Virus record (IMG/VR): IMGVR_UViG_3300020042_008450
Coordinates: 1-63,248 of that record
DNA length: 63,248 bases
Source: a virus
Taxonomy: Duplodnaviria > Caudoviricetes
Direction: 5' to 3' (one strand)
This document shows positions 34,329-44,938 of this stretch, in pieces; within the stretch, counting starts at the first letter, position 1; each line of letters begins with the position of its first letter. The notes beneath the pieces were generated by a model that saw only the letters and a program-made list of their open reading frames with translations, had not been told where the DNA came from and searched no databases. The position numbers and the translations under genes were made by a program.

Positions 34329-36071
34329 ATGGCATATACAATCAATCTAACCGACGGTGCAGTTTTTGCCACCGTCAACGACGGCACAGTTAATACTGCT
34401 AGCAGTATGACACTGGTGGGCAAAAACTATGCAGGCTACGGAGAGTTTTTGGATGAAAACTTTATCCACCTGCTGGAAAATGGCGCAAACACCACAGCAC
34501 CTGCTGCCCCATTAACCGGGCAATTGTGGTGGGACAAAACCAACACTCTGCTCAAAGTCTACAATGGCTCTACATTCAAAACCATTAGTGCAGCAACAGC
34601 AAGTGCTACACAACCAACATCAAACGTAACTGGCGACTTATGGTACGATACCACAAATCAACAGGTCAAAGTTTACACTGGTTCTAGTTTTATTGTTGTG
34701 GGTCCTGCATTTACTTCAGCTGAAGGTACTGCTGGCGCTGTGCCAGAAACTATAAATGACAACACTGCCACACCGCATTATGTTACTACTTTGTATGTAA
34801 ATAACATCCGTGTGGCAATTATCAGCAAGGATTCAAACTTTACTGCGGCTGCACCAGTTGCAACCTTGTTTCCCACTGTTTACAAAGGTATCACCGTCAG
34901 CAATTCAACTGGCACAACTTTTGCAGGCAATGTTACCAACACCGGCAGTGTGATTATCACAAGCGGCGGCACAGCAACTGGAACATTTACTAGTACTGGA
35001 GCTAATATCACAGGCACATTGAGTGCTAGTGGCAATATCACAGGCGCCAATGTATCGGCCACAAACCATACAGGAACCACAGTAAGTGTGTCAGGTAACG
35101 TCATTAGTGGCAATGCAGTAATTGGCGGTGTTGTATCCAGCACAGGTAATATCACCGGCGGCAACTTGATAACAGCTGGCTTGGCGTCAGTAACAGGTAA
35201 TATCACCGGTGGTAATATCAACACTGGTGGCCTAGTAAGTGCCACCGGCAACGTTCGTGGCGGCAATATTGTTTCGGTTGCAACTGTGGCTGGTGCGTCT
35301 GTTTCGGTAACTGGCAATGTTGACTCGGGCAATTTGAGATCAGCAGGACTGGTTAGTGTGGCTGGTAATATTTCTAGTTCAGCCAACATAGCAGGAACAT
35401 TTTTCCTGGGCAACGGCTCACAACTCACAGGCTTGAGCTTGGGTGTTAGTGTTACCAAGTTTGTGAACGGTACTACAGAAGGCAACGTTGGTGTTACCAA
35501 CGGCAACATCAACTTCAACGTTGGTGGCGTGGGGAACGTTGTGGTTATTGACACCACTACCGTTTATGCCAACGTGGTAAGTGTGGCTTCAATTGCCAAA
35601 ACAGGAACCAACGCTGTGGGCAACATTGGTAGTTCAAGCAACTACTTTAACCAAGTATTTGCGCAGGCCACTACAGCACTTTATGCTGACGTTGCAGAAC
35701 GTTTTGCATCTGACGAATTGCTAGAGCCAGGCACAGTTGTTGAACTTGGCGGTGTTCAGGAAATCACAAGAAGTCTCACTGCACTAAGTGAAAACGTGTT
35801 TGGTGTCATAAGTACAAGACCAGCTTATACCATGAACGGTGGTGCTGGAGAAGACGATACTCACCCCAAAGTGGCCATGACTGGACGTGTACCTGTCAAA
35901 GTTACTGGCTATATCCGCAAGGGTGATCGATTGGTTGCAGCTGGTGCTGGTATTGCAAGAGCAGCACAACCTGGCGAAGCTACTGCGTTCAATGTAATTG
36001 GGCGAAGTTTGGTTGACAAGACCACCCCCGAATCAGGTACAATTGAAGCTATTGTAACAATCAAGAACTAA
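34329..36071 (+). CDS. Tail fibre/spike protein with C-terminal autocleaving chaperone (peptidase G2-like)
   Basis: N-terminal LVGKNYAGYG...ENF..LLEN...GQLWWD; GNITGGN beta-repeats; C-terminal YADVAE...PGTVV...GVIST.PAY.MN...GRVPVKV.G...KGD.LV. Confidence 0.75.
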   Translation: MAYTINLTDGAVFATVNDGTVNTASSMTLVGKNYAGYGEFLDENFIHLLENGANTTAPAAPLTGQLWWDKTNTLLKVYNGSTFKTISAATASATQPTSNVTGDLWYDTTNQQVKVYTGSSFIVVGPAFTSAEGTAGAVPETINDNTATPHYVTTLYVNNIRVAIISKDSNFTAAAPVATLFPTVYKGITVSNSTGTTFAGNVTNTGSVIITSGGTATGTFTSTGANITGTLSASGNITGANVSATNHTGTTVSVSGNVISGNAVIGGVVSSTGNITGGNLITAGLASVTGNITGGNINTGGLVSATGNVRGGNIVSVATVAGASVSVTGNVDSGNLRSAGLVSVAGNISSSANIAGTFFLGNGSQLTGLSLGVSVTKFVNGTTEGNVGVTNGNINFNVGGVGNVVVIDTTTVYANVVSVASIAKTGTNAVGNIGSSSNYFNQVFAQATTALYADVAERFASDELLEPGTVVELGGVQEITRSLTALSENVFGVISTRPAYTMNGGAGEDDTHPKVAMTGRVPVKVTGYIRKGDRLVAAGAGIARAAQPGEATAFNVIGRSLVDKTTPESGTIEAIVTIKN

Positions 36072-36085
36072 ACAGGAAATAGATA

Positions 36086-37048
36086 ATGGCGTATTCATCA
36101 GGTGGACTAATACAAGCTACCGACTACAACGGTTTTGCCAGCACTACGGCCAGCGCCAATGTCAATGACATCTGGGGCACAGGATCTGGGGACAAGGGCT
36201 GGGGGCAGTCGGCGCTGAGCACAGTCAGCGCAGCCGGTACAGTCACTGCCACAAACTGGGCCAGTCTGGTCAACACGCTTTCAAGCATGGGCAGTCAAAC
36301 TGGCACATCAATCACAGCAAGATCAGCACCTACCACAGGCAACCTGATTGAAGTTCTGGCAGCATTGAACACAGATCTAACCAATATCACTACCAATAGA
36401 AACAATGCTGTGGCGGTGGGATCACAATACACAGGCTGGACCGGAACCAACTCAAAGACTGATGCCACGTCAGGAGCAACCTGGACCATCACCTTTGTCA
36501 ACACAGTGACATTTTCTAGCGCAGCCGCGGCCAGACACTTTTTCAATGGTGGCGGCCTGATCAAACTGGATGTGAGCAAAACAGCCACTGGTGCCCTGGG
36601 CGATCCAGAATGGAATGACTTGGCCAATACCTTGTGTGGTGATATTTACATTTCAGGCGCAGCAGCGGCCCACACCATTGCAGCCGTTAGTTACACAGGA
36701 GTCACCAAGACTGGCGGCACCGGCACAGCTACCACACTGGCCACAACTCTGGGTTTTTACAACCTGACCACCAGTGATCAAGTGATCTACAAACAGTTTG
36801 CCGATACAGCACCTTATACCAGTAACTTTATTCAACATTCAGCAAAAACAGGCGGTAGCGGTACCACAGTAGTGATCACAACACTTTGGAGTGCTGCTGA
36901 CGGAGATGCTATTTCGGGTGGCACAGCAAGCTCGGGCGCAACACCAGGCACAGCACCAACCACAATTTGTACATACTTTCCACCTAGCACAACATATTTG
37001 ACCAGTGCAAGTTGGGGGACACCAACTGTGGCTGCCACAACAACCTAA
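36086..37048 (+). CDS. Virion structural/fibre-associated protein (Thr/Ala/Gly-rich)
   Basis: MAYSSGGLIQATDYN start and ARHFFN.GG.I motif; last gene before the terminator. Confidence 0.55.
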   Translation: MAYSSGGLIQATDYNGFASTTASANVNDIWGTGSGDKGWGQSALSTVSAAGTVTATNWASLVNTLSSMGSQTGTSITARSAPTTGNLIEVLAALNTDLTNITTNRNNAVAVGSQYTGWTGTNSKTDATSGATWTITFVNTVTFSSAAAARHFFNGGGLIKLDVSKTATGALGDPEWNDLANTLCGDIYISGAAAAHTIAAVSYTGVTKTGGTGTATTLATTLGFYNLTTSDQVIYKQFADTAPYTSNFIQHSAKTGGSGTTVVITTLWSAADGDAISGGTASSGATPGTAPTTICTYFPPSTTYLTSASWGTPTVAATTT

Positions 37049-37050
37049 CC

Positions 37051-37079
37051 AAAAGGGGCAGTTGCCCCTTTACTTTTAT
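37051..37079 (+). terminator. Rho-independent terminator
   Basis: AAAGGGGC-AGTT-GCCCCTTT hairpin followed by T-rich tract, immediately after the structural module. Confidence 0.8.
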
Positions 37080-37097
37080 CTGGATTTGTTGTATAAT
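37069..37097 (+). promoter_or_regulatory. Sigma70-type promoter heading the biosynthetic island
   Basis: TTTACT-17 nt-TATAAT; -10 ends 5 nt before ATG 37103 (leaderless geometry). Confidence 0.55.
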
Positions 37098-37102
37098 ACA
37101 GC

Positions 37103-37411
37103 ATGGATACTGATGCTTTAATTGCCCACGCACGAACACGTTTTGATCATGTGACTGCACGCCGTGTGCTCAAAGAAAAATACCAAGCCCGAATGATCTT
37201 TGGTTATTGCGGAGGCCTGTGGCGTGCCGGCCCCGAACTGTTGGCAGTGCTACAGTCTATTCCTGTTGAGGACGATGTGGTGTTACTGGATCTTTATGAT
37301 ACTCCTGTAAAGATAAGTCCGTTAGAATTACAACACCTGGCCTTTGATCGTTGGCAAGAACAGCTGAATGCCTGGCTCGTTGAACATGATGAGTTGAGTA
37401 AAAAACGATGA
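37103..37411 (+). CDS. Hypothetical protein
   Basis: ATG ORF, ATGA-coupled to the next gene. Confidence 0.7.
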   Translation: MDTDALIAHARTRFDHVTARRVLKEKYQARMIFGYCGGLWRAGPELLAVLQSIPVEDDVVLLDLYDTPVKISPLELQHLAFDRWQEQLNAWLVEHDELSKKR

Positions 37412-38220
37412 CCACTGGCGCACTTATTTTTGCCTTCAACAACGAGGCCACTGATTATGTGCGAATGGCCACCTGGAGTGCTGAAAACATTCGTCGGCAC
37501 TTGAACATTCCAGTTGCAGTGGTCACTGACGCAGATCCTGTAGATCCTAGACTCAAAGACTTTGATCAAGTGATACATGCAAAACCAGACGCTGGAGGAA
37601 CACGGTGGTTTGAAGATTATGCCAACACAGTGACCTGGCACAATGCCGGCAGGGTCAACGCATATGATCTAACACCCTGGGATCACACCTTGGTCTTGGA
37701 TGCTGATTATGTGGTAGCCTGCTCAGATCTAACATCAATCTTGGAATACAACACAGACTTTGTGTGTCACCGATCTGCCGTCAACATGAACACCGGGAAT
37801 CCCTTGAAGGGACTTAATGTTTTTGGGCGACACAACATGCCCATGTGGTGGGCCACAGTAATGGTATTCCGCAAATCAAACACTGCACAATACATATTTG
37901 ATTGCATGCAAATGATTCGAAACAACTGGGAACATTACCGAGCACTGTATGGCATTGACAAAAAGACCTATCGTAATGATTTTGCTTTGAGTATTGCTCT
38001 GGGAATTGTGAGCGGTCAAACAGGCCGGGTAGATGAAATACCCTGGCCCTTACTGACTGTGATGCCAGACACCGTACTGACTGGAGTTGCAGACGAAACT
38101 GATGCATACAACATTGCATATCACGACACAAACAACCAACCAAAATATATTCACTGGCGCGGCACCGATTTCCATGCCATGGGCAAACAGCACTTGGAGA
38201 ACATAATTGCGGCCCACTGA
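37408..38220 (+). CDS. GT-A fold glycosyltransferase (GT8-like)
   Basis: DY..MA..SA..I...V.VVTD; TPWDHTLVLDADY with DxD; RND and late H.MGK. Confidence 0.65.
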   Translation: MTTGALIFAFNNEATDYVRMATWSAENIRRHLNIPVAVVTDADPVDPRLKDFDQVIHAKPDAGGTRWFEDYANTVTWHNAGRVNAYDLTPWDHTLVLDADYVVACSDLTSILEYNTDFVCHRSAVNMNTGNPLKGLNVFGRHNMPMWWATVMVFRKSNTAQYIFDCMQMIRNNWEHYRALYGIDKKTYRNDFALSIALGIVSGQTGRVDEIPWPLLTVMPDTVLTGVADETDAYNIAYHDTNNQPKYIHWRGTDFHAMGKQHLENIIAAH

Positions 38221-38968
38221 AGAACAAGGTTATGTTGTGGTAGCAGTCAACACAGCCACAGTTGATTATGTTCGTTGTGCTGCTATGTTGGTGCAGAGTC
38301 TAAAAACACAGCATCCTACTGCAAGAGTGTGTTTGATAACAGATCAACAAGTAACAGATCCCTTGTTTGATTATGTGCATGTGCTGCCGGTCGTATCAGA
38401 CAATGCCTATGCCAACGACGCAGCAGTATTCCAGTTAACGCCGTTTCGTGAAACAATCAAACTGGAAGCAGACATGCTGATAGCCAGTCCTATCTCACAC
38501 TGGTGGGACTTGTTTAGACACCGTGATGTTGTGATCAGCACAGGCTGTAGAAACTGGCGCGGCGATATCAGTGCTGTGCGTTATTATCGCCGAGTGTTTG
38601 ACGAAAATCATTTGCCTGATGTGTACAATGCTGTTACTTACTGGCGACTGAGTGACACTGCTAAAGAGTTTTTTGGACTAGTACGTGATATCTTTGCCAA
38701 TTGGGAACACGTTCGTACACTGATAAAATTTTCGCCGGTCACAGCAGACACTGATCTAGTGTATGCTATGGCTGCACAGATCATGGGCGAACACAGAGTT
38801 ACCATGCCCTTTGCTACATATCCACAAATTGTTCACATGAAACCGCATCATGCAGGCACAACAGATCGGTGGACACACGAACTAACCTGGGAACATGATC
38901 CGTTACGCATCAACACCGTGGCACAATGGGGCGCATTCCATTATCACATCAAGGACTGGCAGTCATGA
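38207..38968 (+). CDS. GT-A fold glycosyltransferase (GT8-like), paralog of 37408
   Basis: DYVRCA..L..SL...VCLITD; TPFRETIKLEADM with ExD; late HMK. Confidence 0.6.
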   Translation: MRPTEEQGYVVVAVNTATVDYVRCAAMLVQSLKTQHPTARVCLITDQQVTDPLFDYVHVLPVVSDNAYANDAAVFQLTPFRETIKLEADMLIASPISHWWDLFRHRDVVISTGCRNWRGDISAVRYYRRVFDENHLPDVYNAVTYWRLSDTAKEFFGLVRDIFANWEHVRTLIKFSPVTADTDLVYAMAAQIMGEHRVTMPFATYPQIVHMKPHHAGTTDRWTHELTWEHDPLRINTVAQWGAFHYHIKDWQS

Positions 38969-39300
38969 CACCTGATGAATTCTGGAGCATATTGCATGCA
39001 GTGCCCGACACACACCCTGTGAGTTATAGATTGTATCATGACTCTAATGGTAACCCATTATTTTACAGCATGGATGATGTGCCAGGTACATACATTGAAA
39101 TAGATCCGGTGACCTTTGCTCGCAGTCCCATGCATGTGTGTGTACGTGATGGAAAACTAACGCAACGTGTGTGGACTACAACTACGAAACTTGTGCCTGC
39201 TGACTCTGGACCCCCTTGCGATCTTTGCAATGTCGCTGTAATCGTCAGTGAGCACCGGCCCCATCAAAAATGGACCAAGAAAACTTATGAAACAAATTGA
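38965..39300 (+). CDS. Hypothetical protein (start moved to MTPDEFW)
   Basis: ATGA overlap with the upstream stop at 38965-38968. Confidence 0.65.
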   Translation: MTPDEFWSILHAVPDTHPVSYRLYHDSNGNPLFYSMDDVPGTYIEIDPVTFARSPMHVCVRDGKLTQRVWTTTTKLVPADSGPPCDLCNVAVIVSEHRPHQKWTKKTYETN

Positions 39301-40210
39301 TATAGCAGACCTAGATGTGATATTTTTGACATTTGATGAGCCCAAGAAAGAAGAATACTGGGCAATCATACGCAACATGATTCCTTGGGCCAAACGTGTG
39401 GATGGTATCAAAGGGTCAGACGCAGCACACAAAGCCGCTGCTGCTGCCAGCGACACTGAACGTTTTATCTTGGTTGATGGTGACAATTTACCATCTGCAG
39501 ATTTTTTCAACAAAACATTAGAATTACCCACGGCTGACTATGAACATGCAGTGTTCCGTTGGCGTGCTAGAAATCATGTGAATGGATTAATGTATGGCAA
39601 CGGTGGCATCAGTAGTTGGACTCGTGAATTTGTGAATGCCATGCGTACCCACGAAGCCACAGATGGACGCACAGAAACACAAGTTGAGTTTTGTTTTGAT
39701 CCCTTGTACTGGGCCATGCACGACTGCTACAGCACAACATACCCGGCACAGTCGCCATTTCATGCTTGGCGTGCTGGATTCCGCGAAGGTGTAAAAATGT
39801 GCCTGAACAAAGGGGCTAAACCCACTGTAGAAGAATTCAAAAATCAAGTGCTGAGGAATCTTGACCACTTGACCATATGGCACAACATTGGTGCAGATGT
39901 AGAGCATGGAGAATGGTGCATGGCCGGCGCTAGACAAGGCACGTATATGACCATGCTGACTAACTGGGATTACAAACTGGTACAAGACTTTGATGCACTA
40001 GCTGAAATTTGGGCCACAGTAAAAGATAACCAACCGAGAATACTCGGCAACCTAATAGGTCCAGAAATTGGCACACAGTTGGATCTGCCAATGGCCATAT
40101 TGGAATCCGAACAAAGTGCATTCTTCAAATATCACTACCGATCGAACTGGCACAATCGAGGTGTCATGGTCAGAGAGATGGATGTGATCCGACAACAAGA
40201 GGGGTGGTAA
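39287..40210 (+). CDS. GT-A fold (GT2-like) glycosyltransferase-like protein
   Basis: DVIFL.FDEP...V.G.KG...AH..AA...T..F..VDGD with DxD; N..NGL.YG.GG; AWRAGFREG.K; ATG start at MKQID. Confidence 0.6.
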   Translation: MKQIDIADLDVIFLTFDEPKKEEYWAIIRNMIPWAKRVDGIKGSDAAHKAAAAASDTERFILVDGDNLPSADFFNKTLELPTADYEHAVFRWRARNHVNGLMYGNGGISSWTREFVNAMRTHEATDGRTETQVEFCFDPLYWAMHDCYSTTYPAQSPFHAWRAGFREGVKMCLNKGAKPTVEEFKNQVLRNLDHLTIWHNIGADVEHGEWCMAGARQGTYMTMLTNWDYKLVQDFDALAEIWATVKDNQPRILGNLIGPEIGTQLDLPMAILESEQSAFFKYHYRSNWHNRGVMVREMDVIRQQEGW

Positions 40211-41145
40211 TGTATCCATTGGGGTGCACCAGTGACCGTATATGGGATATGTCGTCCCTGGTCCAATATCTGCTGCAGAACCAACACAAATCTATTTCCA
40301 TAGATGTTCAGCCTGAAGCCATATGTTTGCATAATCTTGGATTCTATAAAATATTGGATTGTTTTGACTTTGAATCAGTGACCATTCACACTTGGAATCC
40401 TTTGGAAACACATCTCACCCACACAATTGAATACAAAGGACATAATTTTTGGTTTAAACGGCAAGCTGACATAACACCAAGACAATGTGAATATACTGGT
40501 GACAAAACTTTTTTATGTTTGTACCATAGGCCCACTGCTGGCCGGCTGGCATTGGCCGGCTATCTTCAAAAAAATCACGCAGATTCCAGCTTGATTCATT
40601 TCAGCACAGATACCTCAGATAACAGTCTGATTCAATTTGAGTTTGATAAGTTGTTGTCATGGCATCTGCCCAGCGTAGAAAACGCCGCTAGATTGTTGCC
40701 TTCTTTGCCTATGTTGTTGGGCCCTAGAGATCAATACACGGCTTCATTGGGATATTTTTACACTGATCCATTGACTGAACTTTACAGAGAAATACTAGTT
40801 GATGTGGTAGTTGAAAGTCATGTGGCCGGAAATACATTTTTCCCCACAGAAAAAACTGTGAGGCCAATGCTGTTAGGCAAACCATTTGTGGCATTTGCCA
40901 GCTGCAACTATTTGGCATATCTACGCCAAATGGGCTTTAGAACATTTTCAGATTTCTGGTCTGAAGATTATGATGGGTACGAAGGTAAAGAAAGATTGAT
41001 ACGAATATTTTCAGTACTGGATACCATAGCTGCAATGACTGCTGGCCAACGTGAAACAATGTATTGGGATCTTCAATACACTCTGCAACACAATCAAAAG
41101 ATATTGGCCCAGAGACAGTGGTCGGATAACATAACATTGATATGA
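40204..41145 (+). CDS. TEK-motif protein 1 (GT10/GT-B-like putative glycosyltransferase)
   Basis: VVVES....FFPTEKTVRPM..GKPF....YLAYLRQMGFRTF..FW.EDYD; start may be ATG 40210. Confidence 0.5.
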   Translation: MVMYPLGCTSDRIWDMSSLVQYLLQNQHKSISIDVQPEAICLHNLGFYKILDCFDFESVTIHTWNPLETHLTHTIEYKGHNFWFKRQADITPRQCEYTGDKTFLCLYHRPTAGRLALAGYLQKNHADSSLIHFSTDTSDNSLIQFEFDKLLSWHLPSVENAARLLPSLPMLLGPRDQYTASLGYFYTDPLTELYREILVDVVVESHVAGNTFFPTEKTVRPMLLGKPFVAFASCNYLAYLRQMGFRTFSDFWSEDYDGYEGKERLIRIFSVLDTIAAMTAGQRETMYWDLQYTLQHNQKILAQRQWSDNITLI

Positions 41146-42524
41146 TTGATAAAAGTACATTCATGAGATCTGCCGAACAGATGAAAGCAGACCTTGGTCC
41201 AGCATTGTGCCTGGCCAAATGGAAGCAGGTCAGCCTGCATTTACCTACAGGATTAAATAACTCATGCTATCACCCACCATTGCACTCTATAGATCCCGTG
41301 GCCATAGCTCAAGATCCTGATGCGCTACACAATACACAGCACAAGAAAGCTCAACGTGTGATGATGCTACGTAATGAACAGCCTGCAGAATGTAGCTACT
41401 GCTGGAACATGGAAGGTGAAGGCAAACTCAGTGATAGACACTACCGTTCGGGTGAGCCCTGGGCCGCAGTAGACTTTGAAAAGATAAAGAACAGCACAGG
41501 TGAAGAAAATGACGTTATCCCTAGCTATGTTGAAGTTAACTTTAATAACGCTTGCAATCTTAAGTGTAGTTATTGTAGTCCTCAATTTAGTAGCAGTTGG
41601 GCAGATGAAGCCCAGAGACTGGGCGCTTATCCTACCAGTACTCCGCATAACAGCCCCGATCATTTTACTGGGAATAGGCGCATTATTCCTGCCAGAGAAC
41701 ATAATCCTTATGTAGAAGCATTTTGGCAGTGGTGGCCCACGCTGTACCCTGAGCTCAAACACTTTAGAATGACCGGTGGGGAACCGCTGTTAGACAAGAA
41801 CACATACAGAGTATTCGACTATGTGTTAGCAAACCCCAAGCCGGACCTGCACTTAAACGTTACTAGTAACTTCTCTGTGGATGAGAAGTCTTGGCAGAAG
41901 TACTTGGGTTACGTTAAACAGCTATGCCAAGAAGGTAATCTAGAACACTATATGCAGTATGTTAGTTTAGATGGCTGGGGCCCTCAAGCAGAATACATGC
42001 GCCACGGCTTAGATTTTAATTTGTTATGGGATAGAGTTAACCAGTTCCTAACAGAAGTACCTTCTTACAATAGCTTAACGTTTATTGTAACAATGAACAA
42101 TCTATCAGTAACCAGCCTAGAGAACTTGTTTGCGGGTATATTAGGCCTGCGTCGAGTGTATAGTAAGACTTATCAACGTGTGTGGTTTGATACTCCTGTG
42201 CTGCGTGAACCAGCATGGCAATCACTACAGACGCTACCAGAGCCTTATGCAAACAAGCTAGAACATTTATGGGCATGGATGGTACGCCAAATTGAAACAG
42301 AAGAGGATCCTTTTCACGGCTTCAAAGACTATGAGCTAGCAAGACTAGATCGTGACATAGCCTGGATGCAAGCTGCACAGCAGCAAGATCATTCACAAGC
42401 ACGAGCAGACTTTTATCGTTTCTTTAGTGAACATGATCGGCGACGAGGCACCAACTTTTTAGAGACCTTTCCTGAAATGAGGTCCTGGTGGGCAGAATGT
42501 GAGTATCATGCTAGGACCGCATAA
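41142..42524 (+). CDS. Radical SAM protein 1 with N-terminal twitch/SPASM-like domain
   Basis: CNLKCSYC, GGEP; N-terminal CLAKW...SCYHPP...CSYCW. Confidence 0.9.
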   Translation: MIDKSTFMRSAEQMKADLGPALCLAKWKQVSLHLPTGLNNSCYHPPLHSIDPVAIAQDPDALHNTQHKKAQRVMMLRNEQPAECSYCWNMEGEGKLSDRHYRSGEPWAAVDFEKIKNSTGEENDVIPSYVEVNFNNACNLKCSYCSPQFSSSWADEAQRLGAYPTSTPHNSPDHFTGNRRIIPAREHNPYVEAFWQWWPTLYPELKHFRMTGGEPLLDKNTYRVFDYVLANPKPDLHLNVTSNFSVDEKSWQKYLGYVKQLCQEGNLEHYMQYVSLDGWGPQAEYMRHGLDFNLLWDRVNQFLTEVPSYNSLTFIVTMNNLSVTSLENLFAGILGLRRVYSKTYQRVWFDTPVLREPAWQSLQTLPEPYANKLEHLWAWMVRQIETEEDPFHGFKDYELARLDRDIAWMQAAQQQDHSQARADFYRFFSEHDRRRGTNFLETFPEMRSWWAECEYHARTA

Positions 42525-43608
42525 CATAGTAGTAGACGAGTGGGCCGAAGTATGGGACCTGCTACGACCCTATGCTGTGGAAAGCTTCTGGGACTGGAAA
42601 TCAGTAATCTTTGATCCCAACAAGTTTTATATTGTGGGCCGTGTGGTACTGAAAGAAAACTGGCAATCAATCACAGACTTGGCACGCCAGTATCCTGGGC
42701 AAATTGTGTTTTGCAATCCTGCAGAAGGATCTGAAACAATCAAGCTACAGCTCTCAAGATTGCGAATTACTGATCTGGTGCAGAATCGCAGCATACGCAT
42801 GATCACCAGCGGCAACCTAGAAGCAGGGTTTCATGAACTCAGCACAGACTGCTACTTTTCAAACATAGTGGAATACACTGAAAATCTAGCGGCAGCTGAG
42901 TCAGATGTGTACGCCGAGCCAGTCAAACGTTATGAATTTTTGTTTTTGAATGGACGACTCAGACCACATCGCAAGTATCTAATAGATGCACTACGCAGTC
43001 AAGATCTCTTGGAATATGCACTGTGGACCAATTTGGGCAGTCAGGTTGAAATGGAGTTTACGTCTGTGCTCCAACCAGCCAAACTAGAACACGTTAGACT
43101 GCTGCCCCCGGAATATGAAATACCTCGTGCCAGGCCCAATCTCAAGGCCAGTTTGAATTCAGGATTTGTCAAACATGAATTGTTTGGTAATACCTGGGGT
43201 GATGCCATTGTTAATCCGCAGGCCTACATGGACACATGTTTTAGTCTGGTAACAGAAACCATTTTTGATTACCCGTACACATTTAGAACAGAAAAGATCT
43301 GGAAGCCCATGATCATGTGTCATCCATTTGTGGTGGCTGCCAATGCAGGCTACTACAGAGACCTAAAGAATGCAGGATTTCAAACCTTTGGTCACCTGAT
43401 CGACGAATCATTTGATACCATAGACAACGCAAAAGACCGCGCTGATGCAGTGGTTGCAGCAGTCAAAGATATATGTTATAATGGTGCTAGTGGTTTCTTG
43501 ACTGCTGCTCGAGAGGTGTGTAAATACAATTATCAACACCTACGCGAGCACAATGCTCGTGAACGAAACCGTCTTCCGCAGAATTTAATAGCATACCTAA
43601 ATGAATGA
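42499..43608 (+). CDS. TEK-motif protein 2 (GT10/GT-B-like)
   Basis: FLNGR.RPHR; SLVTET...RTEKIWKPM..CHPF...GFQTF..LIDESFD. Confidence 0.5.
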   Translation: MSIMLGPHNIVVDEWAEVWDLLRPYAVESFWDWKSVIFDPNKFYIVGRVVLKENWQSITDLARQYPGQIVFCNPAEGSETIKLQLSRLRITDLVQNRSIRMITSGNLEAGFHELSTDCYFSNIVEYTENLAAAESDVYAEPVKRYEFLFLNGRLRPHRKYLIDALRSQDLLEYALWTNLGSQVEMEFTSVLQPAKLEHVRLLPPEYEIPRARPNLKASLNSGFVKHELFGNTWGDAIVNPQAYMDTCFSLVTETIFDYPYTFRTEKIWKPMIMCHPFVVAANAGYYRDLKNAGFQTFGHLIDESFDTIDNAKDRADAVVAAVKDICYNGASGFLTAAREVCKYNYQHLREHNARERNRLPQNLIAYLNE

Positions 43609-44938
43609 TCTAGAATTTAAACGCACAGCACTAGACCCGCTGAGTGCGAGTTTTTGTGCAGCCAAGTGGTACAATGCTACCATTTGGTTGGGAAGTGGAC
43701 AGACCACAAGTTGCCACCACCCGCCGGCTCATTTGGTGGACGCTGATAAAGTCCAGGCCAACCCTAGGCTGCTGCACAATACTGATCAGAAGAAAGCAGA
43801 CCGTGCAAAAATGCAGGCAGGCGAGCGTCCTGCAGGTTGCGAATACTGCTGGAAGATTGAAGACATGGGTCGAGACGCAGTAAGCGACCGCGTGTATAAA
43901 AGCAAGATTTATCCCATTACCGCTCTGAAAGAAGCATATGAAACTCCACCTGACCAAGACGTCAATTTACGCACTCTTGAAATTGCATTCGATCGCACTT
44001 GCCAATTTGCTTGTAGCTATTGTAACCCTGCTTTCAGTAGCACATGGGTCAATGACATCCGAAAGCACGGCGGGTATACCAATCTGGTGTCTGATGGGCG
44101 CAACCACTTTACTCACACTCACGATAGTGCTCAATTATACCGCTTTGGCGAAACTAATCCCTATGTTGAAGCATTTTTCAAGTGGTGGGAAACGGATCTA
44201 CACCGGACTCTTCAAGAGCTGAGAATCACCGGCGGCGAACCGCTGATGTCAGGAGAGACCTGGAAGCTGATTGATTGGTTCAAAACAAACAAAAACAAAA
44301 GCTCTACCCGCCTGGCCATCAACTCAAATCTGGGCATGGATCGCATCAAGCTGCAGGAGTTCATTGAACGAGTTCAAGATATCCCACACCTAGAGATATA
44401 CACCAGCATGGAGAGTGTGGATCAACAAGCTGAGTATATTCGTGATGGGCTTGACTACGATCTCTGGATGCACAATGTACAAGAGCTACTGGAACATGAT
44501 CATATAAAAGCTGTGCATTGTATGTGTACAATTAATGCTCTTTGTTTGGAACAACTTCCTGATTTGTTGTACCAGTTACTTAAATTAAAACAAGTTTATG
44601 GTCGCAAAAGAGTTAGTTTTACATTGAACATTCTACGCTTTCCCAGCTTTCAGTCAGCCCTGGTCCTGCCCGAACACATTCGAACTGGCTACAGAGTGGT
44701 ACTTGAAGAATGGCTGTATCGAAATCGTGACAACCCGTGTCTGCATGAGCATGAAATAAATCATACCCAGCGTCTAATAGATTACCTAGACGTGGTCAAG
44801 ACTCCGCACTCAGATGCATTTGAACAGCCCAAATTGCTGAATGATTTCAAACAGTTTTACACACAGTACGATCAACGTCGAGGAAAAGATTTTGTCACGG
44901 CATTTCCCCAATTAAAAGAATGGTACAATGGCCTATAA
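43601..44938 (+). CDS. Radical SAM protein 2 with N-terminal twitch/SPASM-like domain
   Basis: CQFACSYC, GGEP; N-terminal CAAKW...SCHHPP...CEYCW. Confidence 0.9.
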   Translation: MNDLEFKRTALDPLSASFCAAKWYNATIWLGSGQTTSCHHPPAHLVDADKVQANPRLLHNTDQKKADRAKMQAGERPAGCEYCWKIEDMGRDAVSDRVYKSKIYPITALKEAYETPPDQDVNLRTLEIAFDRTCQFACSYCNPAFSSTWVNDIRKHGGYTNLVSDGRNHFTHTHDSAQLYRFGETNPYVEAFFKWWETDLHRTLQELRITGGEPLMSGETWKLIDWFKTNKNKSSTRLAINSNLGMDRIKLQEFIERVQDIPHLEIYTSMESVDQQAEYIRDGLDYDLWMHNVQELLEHDHIKAVHCMCTINALCLEQLPDLLYQLLKLKQVYGRKRVSFTLNILRFPSFQSALVLPEHIRTGYRVVLEEWLYRNRDNPCLHEHEINHTQRLIDYLDVVKTPHSDAFEQPKLLNDFKQFYTQYDQRRGKDFVTAFPQLKEWYNGL

